A stretch of DNA of 64,000 nt from the human T2T-CHM13v2.0 reference genome, Homo sapiens: the NCBI RefSeq assembly GCF_009914755.1, contig NC_060931.1; one strand, 5' to 3'. Position 1 is the first letter of the stretch. Each line of letters begins with the position of its first letter. Made by a program: the position numbers and the translations under genes. Below, in pieces: positions 28,269 through 42,625 of the stretch. The notes beneath the pieces were generated by a model. That model saw only the letters and a program-made list of their open reading frames with translations. It had not been told where the DNA came from and did not search any database.

Positions 28269-29959
28269 CAGCTATATTTCTGTGATTTATATTTTTTGGA
28301 AACCTTGCTGGACTTTAGGATTACTGCCTGGTGACACTGAAAAGCGTAAGGAAGCCCTAGGAGAGGAAAGATGAAATAACTGAGTATGGGAAAGAGCTTT
28401 GGCCAGGGAATCCAGTCATTCGCCAAAATGCGGTGCTATTGTTCCACAGAGCCCCAACTCTAAAGCAGTCCACATTTGAGGAAGGTGCCCAAAGTAGGGG
28501 TGTTCAAAGGACGAATCAGGTAAAATGTTTCATATGAAGGGAGAGGCAGCAAGAACATATTGCAAGATGTCCAAAGACAGATCTACACCTCACGTTCAGA
28601 AGCAAGAATTCGGAGCATTCATTTTGGGGCCTGAGCATCTTAGGTGAACTGGAAGGCTCATACTGTCTCAATGAAGTATCCTATGGGTGGTTAGTGTAAA
28701 AGGAGAGAATCTGGTCATTCTTGGGGCAGAGGTGCTAAATATTAATGAGCCATGCATGGAAACGACCAGGCCCTTGATTGAATTCGGTTGGATCAATTCT
28801 ATTACAAATCCCAGGGCGATGAAATCAAAGTCAAAGAGGAGACGCCTGAGGCTGGAGCCAGCAAGAAAGAATGCTGATTAATTGTTGATGAAGAGAGAAA
28901 TGTGCCTCTAGAGGTCTCAGCCTCTCAAGAAGGTCAAAGGAAAACCGGAAACCTGGGGACAGAAGTTTCTGGTGCTCACTACAGGTGGAAGGGGGCCTTC
29001 CTGACCCCAAAACTCAGAGCCCCCTGCCCTAAGTGAAGGGTGAGCTGCCGCAGTGGGGATGGGGGCAGTGGGTGCTATTCAGAGGCCGCAAATCCAACCG
29101 TGCATTTGCGCCTGGGGCCCCTCCCACCCCATCCACTGAATCGGAATCCCTCGAGTAGGTACGGGAGATCCGGAATCAGTATTCTTAGCAAGCTTCCCAG
29201 GACACCAGAGCCTCCTGGCCCTGGCTGAACAGACCTGCATTTGGGAATCAGGGCCTTGCGACCCAACACTGTGCCCAAGCCAAACCCATTAGACTCAAAG
29301 GTCCCCCAAAACCTGAGGGATGGAGGGATTTTTGTGGACTCAATGTAGAAAAGAAAAATAGAAAGCTGCAAACATTGGCTCTGCAGAGCCTGCTTCTTGC
29401 CTTCTGCAGCCACAATGTGGCTGTGTTGGGGGAAGCCTCCTTCTTGCTCTGCGGCGGGTCACAGACTGTGCTGGGCCCCGCTGTGCATGTCACCTACTTC
29501 TTCTATTCCAACTTCCTGGGCATTTTGTGGTAATGATATTTGAGGGAGAAACACTGAGCTCGAGGGATCAGTGAAGGGGTTAGGGAATGTTAGATGAAAT
29601 GGGCGTAATGCAGCCCTGATGCTACCATCATCATGGGGACAGGAGATGGGGGTTGAGTCAGAGCTTGCCAAGCTCTCAGAGGACGAGAGCCCCGAGTAAG
29701 GGAGGACGTCCTGAAGGGGACCAAGAGATTAAAGTATAACAGTAACTCCTCCTGTGGCGATGGACAAAGCGACAATGGGCTAATGCTGGTCAACCTCCTA
29801 ATGTATACTTTGGAACAGTGAGGAAACATTCTAGAGTTTTCCAGTCATGCCTTGTCCAGCTACTCTCCGTGATCTCCTGTCCTGAGAACAGCCACAGTGG
29901 CCCTGTCTACACTAGGTGAGTTGGCAGGGGTGCTTACAGCACAGATAAGCTCCAGGGCC

Positions 29960-30794
<835 letters not shown>

Positions 30795-32508
30795 TCACTA
30801 ACCCCAACCTGAGAAGGACTGAAAGACTGAGAGCCACAGGAGGGGGTGAGTATGGCGGGGAAACAGCAGTGCATATCCTGGCCTAAGAGGGCTGGGGGAG
30901 CGCTGAACTCTCCCATGCTCTGGGTGCTGTAGCTGGGGGAGCTGTTAACTGGCTGTACCTTGGCCTGTATGCATCACTGGGCTCCAGGGAGCTGAGGAAG
31001 GCTGCTTTCCCGACTTTTCCAAGCCTAGGTGGGTTCTACAGCTAAAGGTGTGTATCGGTATTGAACGCCACTGGCTGGGGAAGGGCAGGCACCAGACGAG
31101 GAATGCCCCTGCTCGTGAGGGCACAGGCAGCACTCCCGCATATGGTATGAGTTCAGTCTGCAGCTTCGAGGTTTGCACAAACATATATTTAAGGAACTTA
31201 AATAATGATACAAGACAAATTCTATCCTTTGCAAATATTTAAACTTAAAAATGTGTGCTGCATATACCCTTAAACAATATTTAAAGGATAGCTGAGCTGA
31301 AAAGTATGCAGCTCTCTTTAAGGAATCCTGGCTCCCGGGAATGACTTCGGGTGCCTCCCAGGGCCCTTTGGTTACTGCTAGAGAATGTTGCTTCCTGGCA
31401 GGGTTTCCACCAAAACATTTGCCCGGGTGGAAAAAGATGGTTTTTGGAGAGAGATGTCCTTGTAGCCTTGTGGAAGGGACAGCTTCATTTTCTTTTCCTC
31501 ACAGAGATGCCTAATTTTGGGAGGGCTCCAGCCTGCTTCTCTGGCCCCAGGTCACCAGACCCTAGCAGCAAGTACAGCCTGGCCCCTGTCAACCAGAATG
31601 CTCGCCCTGGCATGTGGCACTGCTGTGGCTCTATTTTTCCTGAAGGTAAGGTCTCCTTCTTCCGAGAGAGCACAGCGCGAGCTGCGTGCTGCTTGTGTGT
31701 CTTTCTCGCTGTAGGCACCACGACCCCCTGCCCCCAGGCCCACAGGAGCGCTGGCTCTGATGTCAAAGCTGCTTGGAGGCTGCATCGTCATGACGGTACT
31801 GTTGGGGACAGACCAGGACTTGCAAAAGGAGACGTTTTAGCAGGGTGCTGAGAAGCTGCATTTCACAAGCATTTCTTCAGAGGAAAGGTAGCTGGGGTAA
31901 CTCCAAAGTCAGGGAAAAAGAGCTTCGCCGCAAATGTCGGAAAGGGTGATGCTGCCTTGGGTTAGGAAGTAGGTGGCGGGGAGCGCAAGCCTGTGGCTGT
32001 CACCATCTCCCCTTTAGGCAGAGCCTCTCAGCAAAAGGGGCCCCATCCCAGGCAATGCCATGAGCTCTTGGGAGAGCGTGCCAGGGCTCTGACCCTCACC
32101 GTGCAGGCTGGCCTGAGGCACTGGGCTGGAAAAGCCCTAATGACCCCATCCTGCCTCTACGCTTCATCCTCAGTGGCAGCCCCTGAATGGGGCCTGCGCC
32201 CACTGGGTCTCACATGTGGTCACCACCCAGGAAGAGTCCCCAGTTTCCTGTAGCGACCTCAGGTGACAGACATGAGGTCCTCCTGAGAAGTAACAGCTTC
32301 TCACATCTAGACAAAAGCTTCCTGGCGTTCCCTTTCCTTCCCTTTTCAGTTATGCCGCCACGCAGGTGCAGGCTGGCTTGGGTGTGGTTTGTGGCGGAAT
32401 AGCGGGACGCGCAGACTTCTTCTGGTTTAGTCCCCACATTCTTCCACTGTGAGCATGAGCAAGGGAAACGCTAAATAGATGCTACAAAATCTACAGTGAG
32501 CCACTGAG

Positions 32509-32842
32509 TTTATTCAGAAGGTTACGTTCTCAGCCTTTATTCCAGGGCCCAATTTTCAAGACAAGCCTTCGCGGGACAGGAGGAGTCCTCTGAAGATAGC
32601 AGTGCATGAGCAGAGAAACACACATGGCTTGGTCTCGCCGCCCAGCAGCTGATTCCGAGGAGGGGCTGAGAGGGGCCAATTTCACCCTTCCCTAGCAAGA
32701 CTCGGAGGAGGTTCTTCCTACACAAGAAGCCCATCTGACCACCAGGGCTTCCTGGCAGAGAGTGGTGCTAGATGTCAGCCAGGAACTCCCCAGACCAGGT
32801 ATTCTTCCAGGCTCAGGCATAAAGAACCAGGAGGCTTTTATT
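32509..32842 (-). terminator. Three intronic AATAAA signals in intron 13 (32837-32842, 32536-32541, 32509-32514)
   Basis: TTTATT on + strand at these positions, 180-510 nt downstream of the read-through stop. Usage is inferred. Confidence 0.55.
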
Positions 32843-33021
32843 TTCTATTAATCAACCTAGTTGGAAGCAGAGCCATTGTAAAGGCAGAGAGGTATTGATT
32901 ACAGGATTAAAGAAGGAAAACGCTGCTTATACAATGTGCTGTTCAGCAGAAGCCTCCCCTGGATACTTGAATAAAATCCTCGGTAAGGGTCGCCTGCAGT
33001 CACTGGGCACTTTCTATTGTA

Positions 33022-33113
33022 CTAGCTCCCATACAGCAACATTTCTAGCAGCAGAAAAGCAGGAAAACCACTCTCCAGGGAGAGGTTCCTGCCCTGTCCT
33101 GGCCCCAAATTAC
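33022..33113 (-). CDS. HIPK2: Alternative C-terminus from intron-13 read-through ([30 protein letters not shown]), short HIPK2 isoform
   Basis: The exon 13 frame stays open for 30 codons past the donor to TAG at 33022-33024. Minus-strand AATAAA signals follow downstream. Agrees with my recollection of a described intron-13-retaining short isoform. Confidence 0.75.
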
Positions 33114-33361
33114 CTGGCACCAGGCTATCACACTCCACCAATACTTCGCTGGCCTGGGTTTTCAGGGGTGGCACGATGATGGTTCGGGGGTTCCCCGTGC
33201 AGTGATTCTCCAGGCTCCCCTTGGTGTCAAAGGCATTGGCATTGTTGTGCCCAGCACGCTGCTGCACGGAGTAGGGGCTGGTGTTGCTGGAGGAGTCGGA
33301 GTAGGGGGAGTCGTGGACTGTGACACAGCTGATGACGTTTTTTCTTTGCTTGGAGACAGTG
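33114..33361 (-). CDS. HIPK2: HIPK2 coding exon 13 (248 nt; [17 protein letters not shown]...VECDSLVP)
   Basis: Acceptor tttcAG|CACT, donor CCAG|GTAATT. Phase 2 to 1. Contains the TVHD and VECD caspase-cleavage motifs. Confidence 0.97.
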
Positions 33362-34809
33362 CTGAAAATGCAAAGGGAGAAGTCAGAGGTGGGAGAAGGC
33401 CGTGAGGTGAGACACCCAACTAGCACTTCATGCCCTGGGGCAGGGGAGGGAGGCAGAGGGGAGAGGGCAGGAACAGGGCTTTTGCCCTCCCTAACCCCCA
33501 TAGGGAGACTGGGCATGCAAAAGTCCCCTGTGTAGCCGGCAGCAGGGGGACATGTGAAGACATGGAGAAGGGGCTGGTGCTGGACCCACAGGGGCTTCTG
33601 GAAACTAGGGAGTGAGATGCTTCCGGGCTGGCCTGGGCTCTTCCTGTGCAGCAGAGCTCAGCAGAGCTGCAGGGGAGGCACCTGCAGCCCAGAGCTGGGT
33701 ACAACCCCCGTGGGCCTGCCAGAATGGGACATCTGAGCAAGGAGAGAACCAGCAAGAACCCAGCAACCTGGGGACCTGGGTTAGGAGTAAACCTCGCTGG
33801 GAGAAGAATGTCATAAGCTTAGGTTTGGTGCCTGCGGCCTGGCAAAGCTTATGCAGGAGGGAGCAGAATGTCCAATGGGATGCAGCGTGAGGCTCTGAGG
33901 GGGCTGCATGCACACAGCACAGTGCAGACATGCTGCAGAGAACGCAGAGCTAGAGTTGACACCCTCTGCCTCTCCTTACTTTGAGTGTGCTCTGTGGGCT
34001 GTGTGCAGGCCACTACGACCTCTGCAGTCCCCTTTTCAGGAGCCAGGCTCACCTGCAGCTTTTCCACTGCCTGGGCCAAGGGATCGGGGGAGATGGTATT
34101 GCACCGGGGCCTGGTGGGAAGGCCCCTGCCAGGTTGATGCTGTGTGAAAGCCACTCTGAAGCCCTGGCCTTCATCTTATATGTGGAACTTCATACAATAG
34201 GGAGGCACTGGCTTTGGATAGCTCTTGGCCGGCATGTTTGTTCAGAGATATTTAAGTTAGTGTGGTTACTTTGGGAACTACTTCTGTTTGTCTTCAAACT
34301 CAGTGAGAGGCTGCTGGCATGATGGATGTGAAATTTATTGTTTATTGTGTGCTTATTTAAGACTTTAAAATGAATGTGCATCTATTTTTATATATTGATC
34401 ATTTATTTTTAAGAAATAAAAATTGCCTAGGCAACTGGTCAGTTTCCAGCTAATTGGATGAGAGAAGCAGCTGGTATTTACGGAGCCTCATAGAGTCACA
34501 GCCACCTCCCGGGTATCTTGTTTGAGGCCACACAGCCAGGCCAGGCTCTTCCCATGATGGATCTCCACCACCCTAGAGGCAGCAGGGAAGTGGGCAAATT
34601 CCAGAGCCCACAGCAGCCAGGCAGGAGGGACAGAAGCAGAGCCTGTCTGCTGAGCTACAGAAGGCTGGGGGATCTGGGGGGTGCAGTCCCCAGGAGGCGC
34701 TGGCCCTGCTCCCCAACGCCCAGCGCTCCTGACATCTAGGCTGGATAATTCTTCCAGTGGCTGGACACTGTCCTCTCTGGTTCAGGGTGCCTAACCGTGT
34801 TCGTGGGTG

Positions 34810-35030
34810 AGAACACGAACCTTGGAGTCAGCTGTCTAACTTCGGCATGTGCTGGTGACAGGGCGGTGGGCAGCTATTTAACCTCTCAGTGATTCAGTGG
34901 CCTCATCAGTAAAAGGTAGGTAATAATTGTACCTATATCATAGGCTTGTTTTGAGAACTAAGTGAGAAAATACAAGTGCTTTCAATGATACACAACACAT
35001 GGTAAGTATTCCATAATAGCTGCTATTCTT
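34810..35030 (+). mobile_element. MIR
   Basis: TATTTAACCTCTCAGTGATTCAGTGGCCTCATCAGTAAAAGG...TAATTGTACCTAT core. Confidence 0.65.
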
Positions 35031-35549
35031 CTTCTTCTTACAAGTTGTGTTACCTTAGTTAACATGTGAAAACAGGTTTGCAAAAAACTTATTTAGGCAA
35101 AGAGAATTCTATCAGGGTAAGGACTTGCTGGAAAAGTTTCCTTTTTTCTAGTTTATGAATAAACCAGAAGATTGAAATCAAAGAAAATTAAAACTCATGA
35201 TATCTCGGAGATCTACGCGGGGTACTACAGGGAATACCTATACAAAGAAATATGTGTCTCTGCCCTCGAGGAGATTAAAATCTCAGTGGAGGACTGTATA
35301 ACAACATGACAAGTTAAATAGTAAAAGCTTTAAAATAACCAGTTAGAGAGAATAATGGATGTCACAAAGCCTCCGTGATTAACTGTCAGATGAATCGTAC
35401 AGATGATAATTGTTAAGAACTCAGAAGAAGGTGAGGAATGAATTGGTTGCATATATTTATGGCTCTTCATGTTAACTTAAAGTAGATAAATTTTAATTAA
35501 TAAAGACCCACACCTCCCAGTTATGACAGTTTAAATGTGAAATGTCCAT

Positions 35550-36490
35550 ATGCTTGTTCCTCAAAAAGCTAAACACAGAGTTACCCTATAGCAATTCCAT
35601 TCCTAAGTACATTCTCAAAGGATTGGAAACAGGTACTCAGATACATGTAAGCCAATGTTCACTGCAGCACTATTCAAAATACCAAGAGGTAGAAACGACC
35701 CGAGTGTCCATCAGCTGGTGAATGAATAGAAAATATGGTGTATCCATACAGTGGAATACTATTCAGTCATGAAAATGAATGAATGCTGGGAGGGGTGGCT
35801 CATGCCTGTAATCTCGGTGCTTTGGGAGGCTGAGGTGGGAGGATTGCTTGAGGCTGGGGGTTCAAGACCAGCCTGGGCAACACAGTAAGAGCCAATCTCT
35901 ACAAACAATTAAAAAAATAAGCAAAGTATGGTGGTGCATGCCTGTAGTCCCAGCTGTTTGGGAGGCTGAGGTGGGAGCCCAGGAGTTTGAGGCTGCAGTG
36001 AGCTATGATCACACCACTGCACTCCAGCCTGGGTGTCAGAGTGAAACCCTGTCTCCAAAAAAAAAAAGTTCTGATACATGCTACAATATGGATGAACCTC
36101 GAAAATATTAAATGAAATAAACCAGACACAAAAGGACAAATAGTTTGTTTGAGTCTACATATATGAAATATCTAGAACAGGCAAATTCATACAGACAGAA
36201 AATACATTAGAGGTTACCAGAGGTTGGGGGCTAGGGGAGAGGAGAGTGGGAAGTTACTGATTAATGGTATAGTTTTTGGTTGGGGTAGTGGAAAAGTTCT
36301 GAAAATAGATAACGGTGATGGCTATACAGCATTATGAATATAATTAATGTCACTGAATTTACACTTAAAAATGGTTGAAATGGCAAATTTTATATTTTAC
36401 CACAATTAAAAATTAACAGACTAAAACCACTGAATTGTACACATTCAACGGGTGAACTATACAGTACAGTACATGAATTCTATCTCCATC
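35550..36490 (+). mobile_element. L1MB-type 3' fragment interrupted by an AluJ (35785-36068)
   Basis: GCAATTCCATTCCTAAG...GTGTCCATCAGCTGGTGAATG...CACTGAATTGTACAC. Confidence 0.82.
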
Positions 36491-36504
36491 AAAAACAAAG
36501 TCCA

Positions 36505-37826
<1,322 letters not shown>

Positions 37827-40141
37827 GATTGCTGTCTACCAATAACAACAAAAAAGAATATCTCGAAATATTTTATAAATATAAATTAAGCAAAAAAAGG
37901 AAGTGGGACTCTAGGAGGTCTCTGAGCTAGGAGGTAGGGAGGAGGGATCTGAAAGCAGGGAGATGCTGGAGGCTGAGGACGAGGAGGGAGCAGGAGGGAA
38001 GGAGAGCTGCCTTAAGAAGACAAGGGCAGAGAAACCTGCAGCTGTCTTCTGGGATGAATGCGGGGGAGTAAAGGGAAACAACTGGTCTGCTGCAGTCTCT
38101 TGTGTAATAAGGGAACTCCTCCCACCTCACACTGTTTCGAAGTACTCTGAGGGCCAGGGGAAGAGCTGGGAGCCATGACTGGGAGCAGCTGCTGGCTCCC
38201 GAGGGGAGGTGAGGAGATGGCGCTGCCCTGCCCTTCACTCTCAGCTTCGGGCACAGCTACTCCTGAATGATGAACATGCCTCTGGTCATCTCATGAAACG
38301 CAGACATGTTCTGTTGCAGGTGCCCATTCTGTGGGTGGAGGACCCCAGGTGAGGATGGAGGCTGACTCCCAAATGTGTCCTGGGAGCTGGCACTGCAGTC
38401 CTAGCTCTGCTGTTCCTTTACTGGTGTGGCTCTGGACAGTGGCCTGGATAACCTGTAACATCCATCCAGCTCCAATCTGCTCTGAAATTCATTGAGAGAG
38501 ATTACTCATGGCATTAAAGGAGCCATTATGAGGATCTCTGAAAGATTCCTAGAGACATTCTAAAATAGGAATGGTCTAGCCCTAATCTGGAGAGGAAAGA
38601 GATCCTTTTAGCAGATGTACCTTACCTATAGACCCAGATCTGGCCAGTTCTTGCTGATCATATCTTCCTTAGGATCTGAGTAGTTTAGAAAATGAGCATT
38701 TAAAAAAAAAAAAAACAACAAAAAGACAAAAACACACACTAATTTTGGCAAAACTGTAATCTGCCCTCGAGTAAAATTCAAATTGGGCATATTTGGAGCT
38801 CTTCACTCAAATGTGGAAATTGTGGAGAAGCTTCAGCTTAATATGAATAAGAATTTTCTAACAACTAGAACTATCTCAAGACACAACAGCCACTTCATGA
38901 GTCACTGAGCTTCTTGTCACTGAAGAATGGCTTTCTGGCATGAGTCTTGTGAGAGCTGACAGCTTGGCGTGGGTGACCTGTGAGAACTGAGGGCCATCTC
39001 CTTGATGGAAACCCAACAGGTAGTGAGCCTCCCACTGAAGAGACTGAAGAATCTGCATGTCAGTGTCTAATTATCTACAAGGAGTGTGGGATAAAACCTT
39101 TATAAACTCTTCCCAGGTCCCATCCCTTTGTTGTAGCTGGGGAGCCCCTGGCTTAATGAGCAAATATGTACGGCACAGCTTGATGCTGATTTGCCTACCT
39201 TTTTGGATTTACAAGTGACACATTTATTTGCAGAAGGTGAATTCATTTGCTAGCTGTTTTTCATCTCTTCCATTGTTAGAAAGCTCTGCGCTCTACCTGA
39301 ACACACTATGCAGATTAGAGAACTAATGGGAAGCTGTTAAATGAGTCACTTTAGAAATGAGCACACATTTCAGATGACTACGGCAGATTCTTTAGGCTCG
39401 TATCTATCGATACTACTGGGATTCATTCCATGATTGCGTCTAGTTATTATTGACAGCTTATCAATCCCATTATGAGTTGGTTAATGCAAGTGAGAGAGAT
39501 AGCGATAGGGGCAGAGTGAGAAATATTTGCTGAAATGGCCTTGGAAGAACATCACTTCTGAATAAAGAACAAAGCTGTCAGAGTTCACAATTGCATTATG
39601 TTGTCATGGCAATAGATAATTTTCATCATTTCAAAATGATGAAAATAAATAAGGAGCTAAAAAGTAAAGAAATCCCTAAAGGAGAAAGCACTGGCAGAAG
39701 ATCAGATATAACCTGTGACCCCTTCCCTGTAGGGTCTTATCTGGAATGTGTCTCTGATTTCTATTTGCTAATCTGAGTCAATTTCATCCTTCAAGACCAG
39801 GGTCAAAACTCATCTCCTCCAATAACTTCTTTTACCCTTCTGATTTCATAGTCAATGCTATGTGTTCTATTACTATGATGCTGATTATTAAGTACAGGTA
39901 ACATTTATTGGATGCATACTAACTACAGCTTAAAGTGCTTTATATGTTTATCTCCTTTAATCATCATGGCAAGATGATGTGGTAAAGAATATGACTACTT
40001 TTGGCTGGGCACAGTGGCTCACGCTGGTAATTCCAGTGTGCCTCCAGACCAGTATGCTCCTTCCTGATAGCTGCTGACTTAGAGTCATTAGAGAGAAAAA
40101 AAAAATCTTCATTTTAATATGGCACATACATTCCATTCAAA

Positions 40142-40443
40142 TTATTATTATTATTTTTAGAGACAGGGTCTCACTCTGTCATCCAGACTGCAGTATCGTG
40201 TTATGAGCATAGCTCATTGCAGCCTCGAACTCCTGGGCGGAAGCAATCCTCCCATCTCAGCTTCCCAAGTAGCTGGGACTACAGGCACGTACCACTGTGC
40301 CTGGGGAATTTAAAAAAATTTTTTGTAGAGACAGGGTCTTGCTATATTGCCCAGGTTGGTCTCAAACTCTTGGCCTCAAGTGATCCTGGCACCTTGGCCT
40401 CCCCAAGTGCTGGGATTCCAGGTGTGAGCCACCATGCCTGGCT
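40142..40443 (-). mobile_element. AluJ
   Basis: Diverged reverse dimer with (ATT)n tail. Confidence 0.88.
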
Positions 40444-41751
40444 CCTCCTTTCAAATTGTATTATCTGCATATTTATGTCTATGTCTATGTCTACACGTGT
40501 GTGTATATAAATACACATATATCACCCTTAAGATCATTTTTACATGACTACTTTCTAGAGAAATCAGAAACAGGGTCGCAGAAGTAGCCATGAGTAGTCA
40601 CCTCGTCCTTGTCCCATCAGATGCAGCGGAAGGAAGTGTTTGCTCTCCTTCCATCTTCTTCTGAAGTCCAGTCTCTCTCTTCCCAACTGGCCTGGGAGTT
40701 TTGACTCATCTTTCCTCATCACCTTCAGTCTATCCACTGAGCACCGCTCTGCCCTATGGTATCCAACCCTCTGCCACCCCTCTTCCTCCTTCTTCCCTGT
40801 GGAAAGCAAGGAGCAAACCAGGAAGCTGTGGCATATCAGTGACAGCTTTGTAATGTGACAGCAGCTGGGGACAGTAGGGTGAAGTGTCTCTTCTTCAAAA
40901 TACACCCCTGAGCCACTCTACTCAGCCCACTGGAGTGTCTTAAATGGAGCCCTGTAAAGAGGGTGTGGCGAAGTCAGCTGGACAAAAGATCCTACCATCA
41001 CCTCTTGAGATGAGTCACATGACTGAAATATTTTTCAACTGGGGATGTATTGTACTCAAAATGGAGAGACACCAAAGTTCCTTCAAATGGCACTGTGTGT
41101 CTGGGTTCCTTTGTTCCTTCACTCAAGCCTGATTCCCACGTCTCCATGAGCATGGCAGGAGGCTGGCTGTAGCAGCTTCTCAACCAATGGCAGGATGGAG
41201 CAAGCTACATGGTTATAGGTAGCAATGGAGGCTAATCCCACTTTGGGCTTTTTGCCCATGCAATAATAAATGAGTGTGTGTGGTTTTTGCTCCCTCTGTT
41301 AAGTGGATGTTAATTTTTCAGGCCAAAGTAATTTGAGCTGCAGTTTATCAGTTTTCTAACCTTGCTTTATCTATAATGATTTCTCTAGACTTTCAACTTA
41401 GTATAAACAAGGAAAACATTTCGGGTCAAATTTTTTTTATATATAAACATGTTAAGAGTGAGCTAAGTAACTGTTTTTATATCTAAAATACTGAATGATA
41501 TTTATGAATCAATTTTCTTAAAGTTTTCATTTTTGGTAACGTCGGCTGAAACAGTGGCTGCTTACACAGGCACAGTGAAGTGCAGCCTGCAGGAGACACT
41601 TGATGACCTAAGCAGAACAACCCACCTACCAGAAATATCCAGGTAACTGAATGAGTGAATGCGTGAATGAATAATGGAGCTGGACAAAATCATTTCTATA
41701 TGATCAGTTGATGTGAACCACTTTGGTTTACACACTTAAAAAATTACTCTC

Positions 41752-41892
41752 GGCCAGGCATGGAGGCTCACACCTGTAATCCCAGCACTTTGGGAGGCCA
41801 AGGCAGGAGAACTGCTTGAGCCTGGGAGTTCAAGACCAGCCTGGGCAACATAGTGAGACACTGTCTCTAGTTCTTACAAAAATAAAAAAAGA
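41752..41892 (+). mobile_element. Alu left monomer (FLAM-like)
   Basis: GGCCAGGCATGGAGGCTCACACCTGTAATCCC, single arm; TSD AAATTAC(T/C)CTC. Confidence 0.85.
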
Positions 41893-42469
41893 AATTACCC
41901 TCATGACTAAAGGTTGTATGCTACAGCCTTTACAAGACCATTTCAACACAAGGTAAAGATAGCAGGGGGGTCTGGATCAGGAGACGTGGATCAAGAGAGT
42001 CCAGGAGAGAAAAGATGGCTTGTTCAGTATGTGTAGACAATTAAATGCTTTTCTAATCGAAATTGTCTATAAATATTTAAAAGAAGACCAGTTCTACTAC
42101 TTAATCCTGGGGGACCCAGAACAATATCTGTTTGTCTTATCTTTTGGCCAATTCTCTAGCCATGACCAGAGTCCCCTAGTCCAACAGTAATTCACTGAAA
42201 AGGAGTTCCCTGGCTCTTCCCTGCCCTTCTTACTTTAAAAAGAGCTGACTCCGCCCTTCTCAGTGCCATGGCTCCAGCACTCTGACAAACGCCCAGCACC
42301 AAGAGGGGGCTCAGTGGACAATACTCTAGACTCCCTATGGCCCTGGCATGGTGACCTGCACACAGTGGCATAGTGGTAGTCACAGGAGGGAGCAGGATAG
42401 AATCTGTATTCATTGAATGAATGACTGAAATCAGTTATTTTTGCCAGTTATTAAGTTTGACATTTCTTC

Positions 42470-42625
42470 AAGAGCATGGCACCTGAGTCCCAATTCTGCT
42501 ATTTAGAACCTGTATCAATTTGGGTGAGTCACCTACCTTTCCTGAGCCTCAGTTTCTTCATCTATCAAATGGGAATAGAAATATCAGCCTTGCATGCCCC
42601 ATCAAATGATGGAGGAGCTAGTGCG
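42470..42625 (+). mobile_element. MIR
   Basis: CCTGAGCCTCAGTTTCTTCATCTATCAAATGGGAATA core. Confidence 0.75.

Noticed and set aside
31351-31851. 166-aa + strand ORF in intron 13
   Set aside because: Non-ATG start, no recognisable domain, and length compatible with chance in GC-rich intron.
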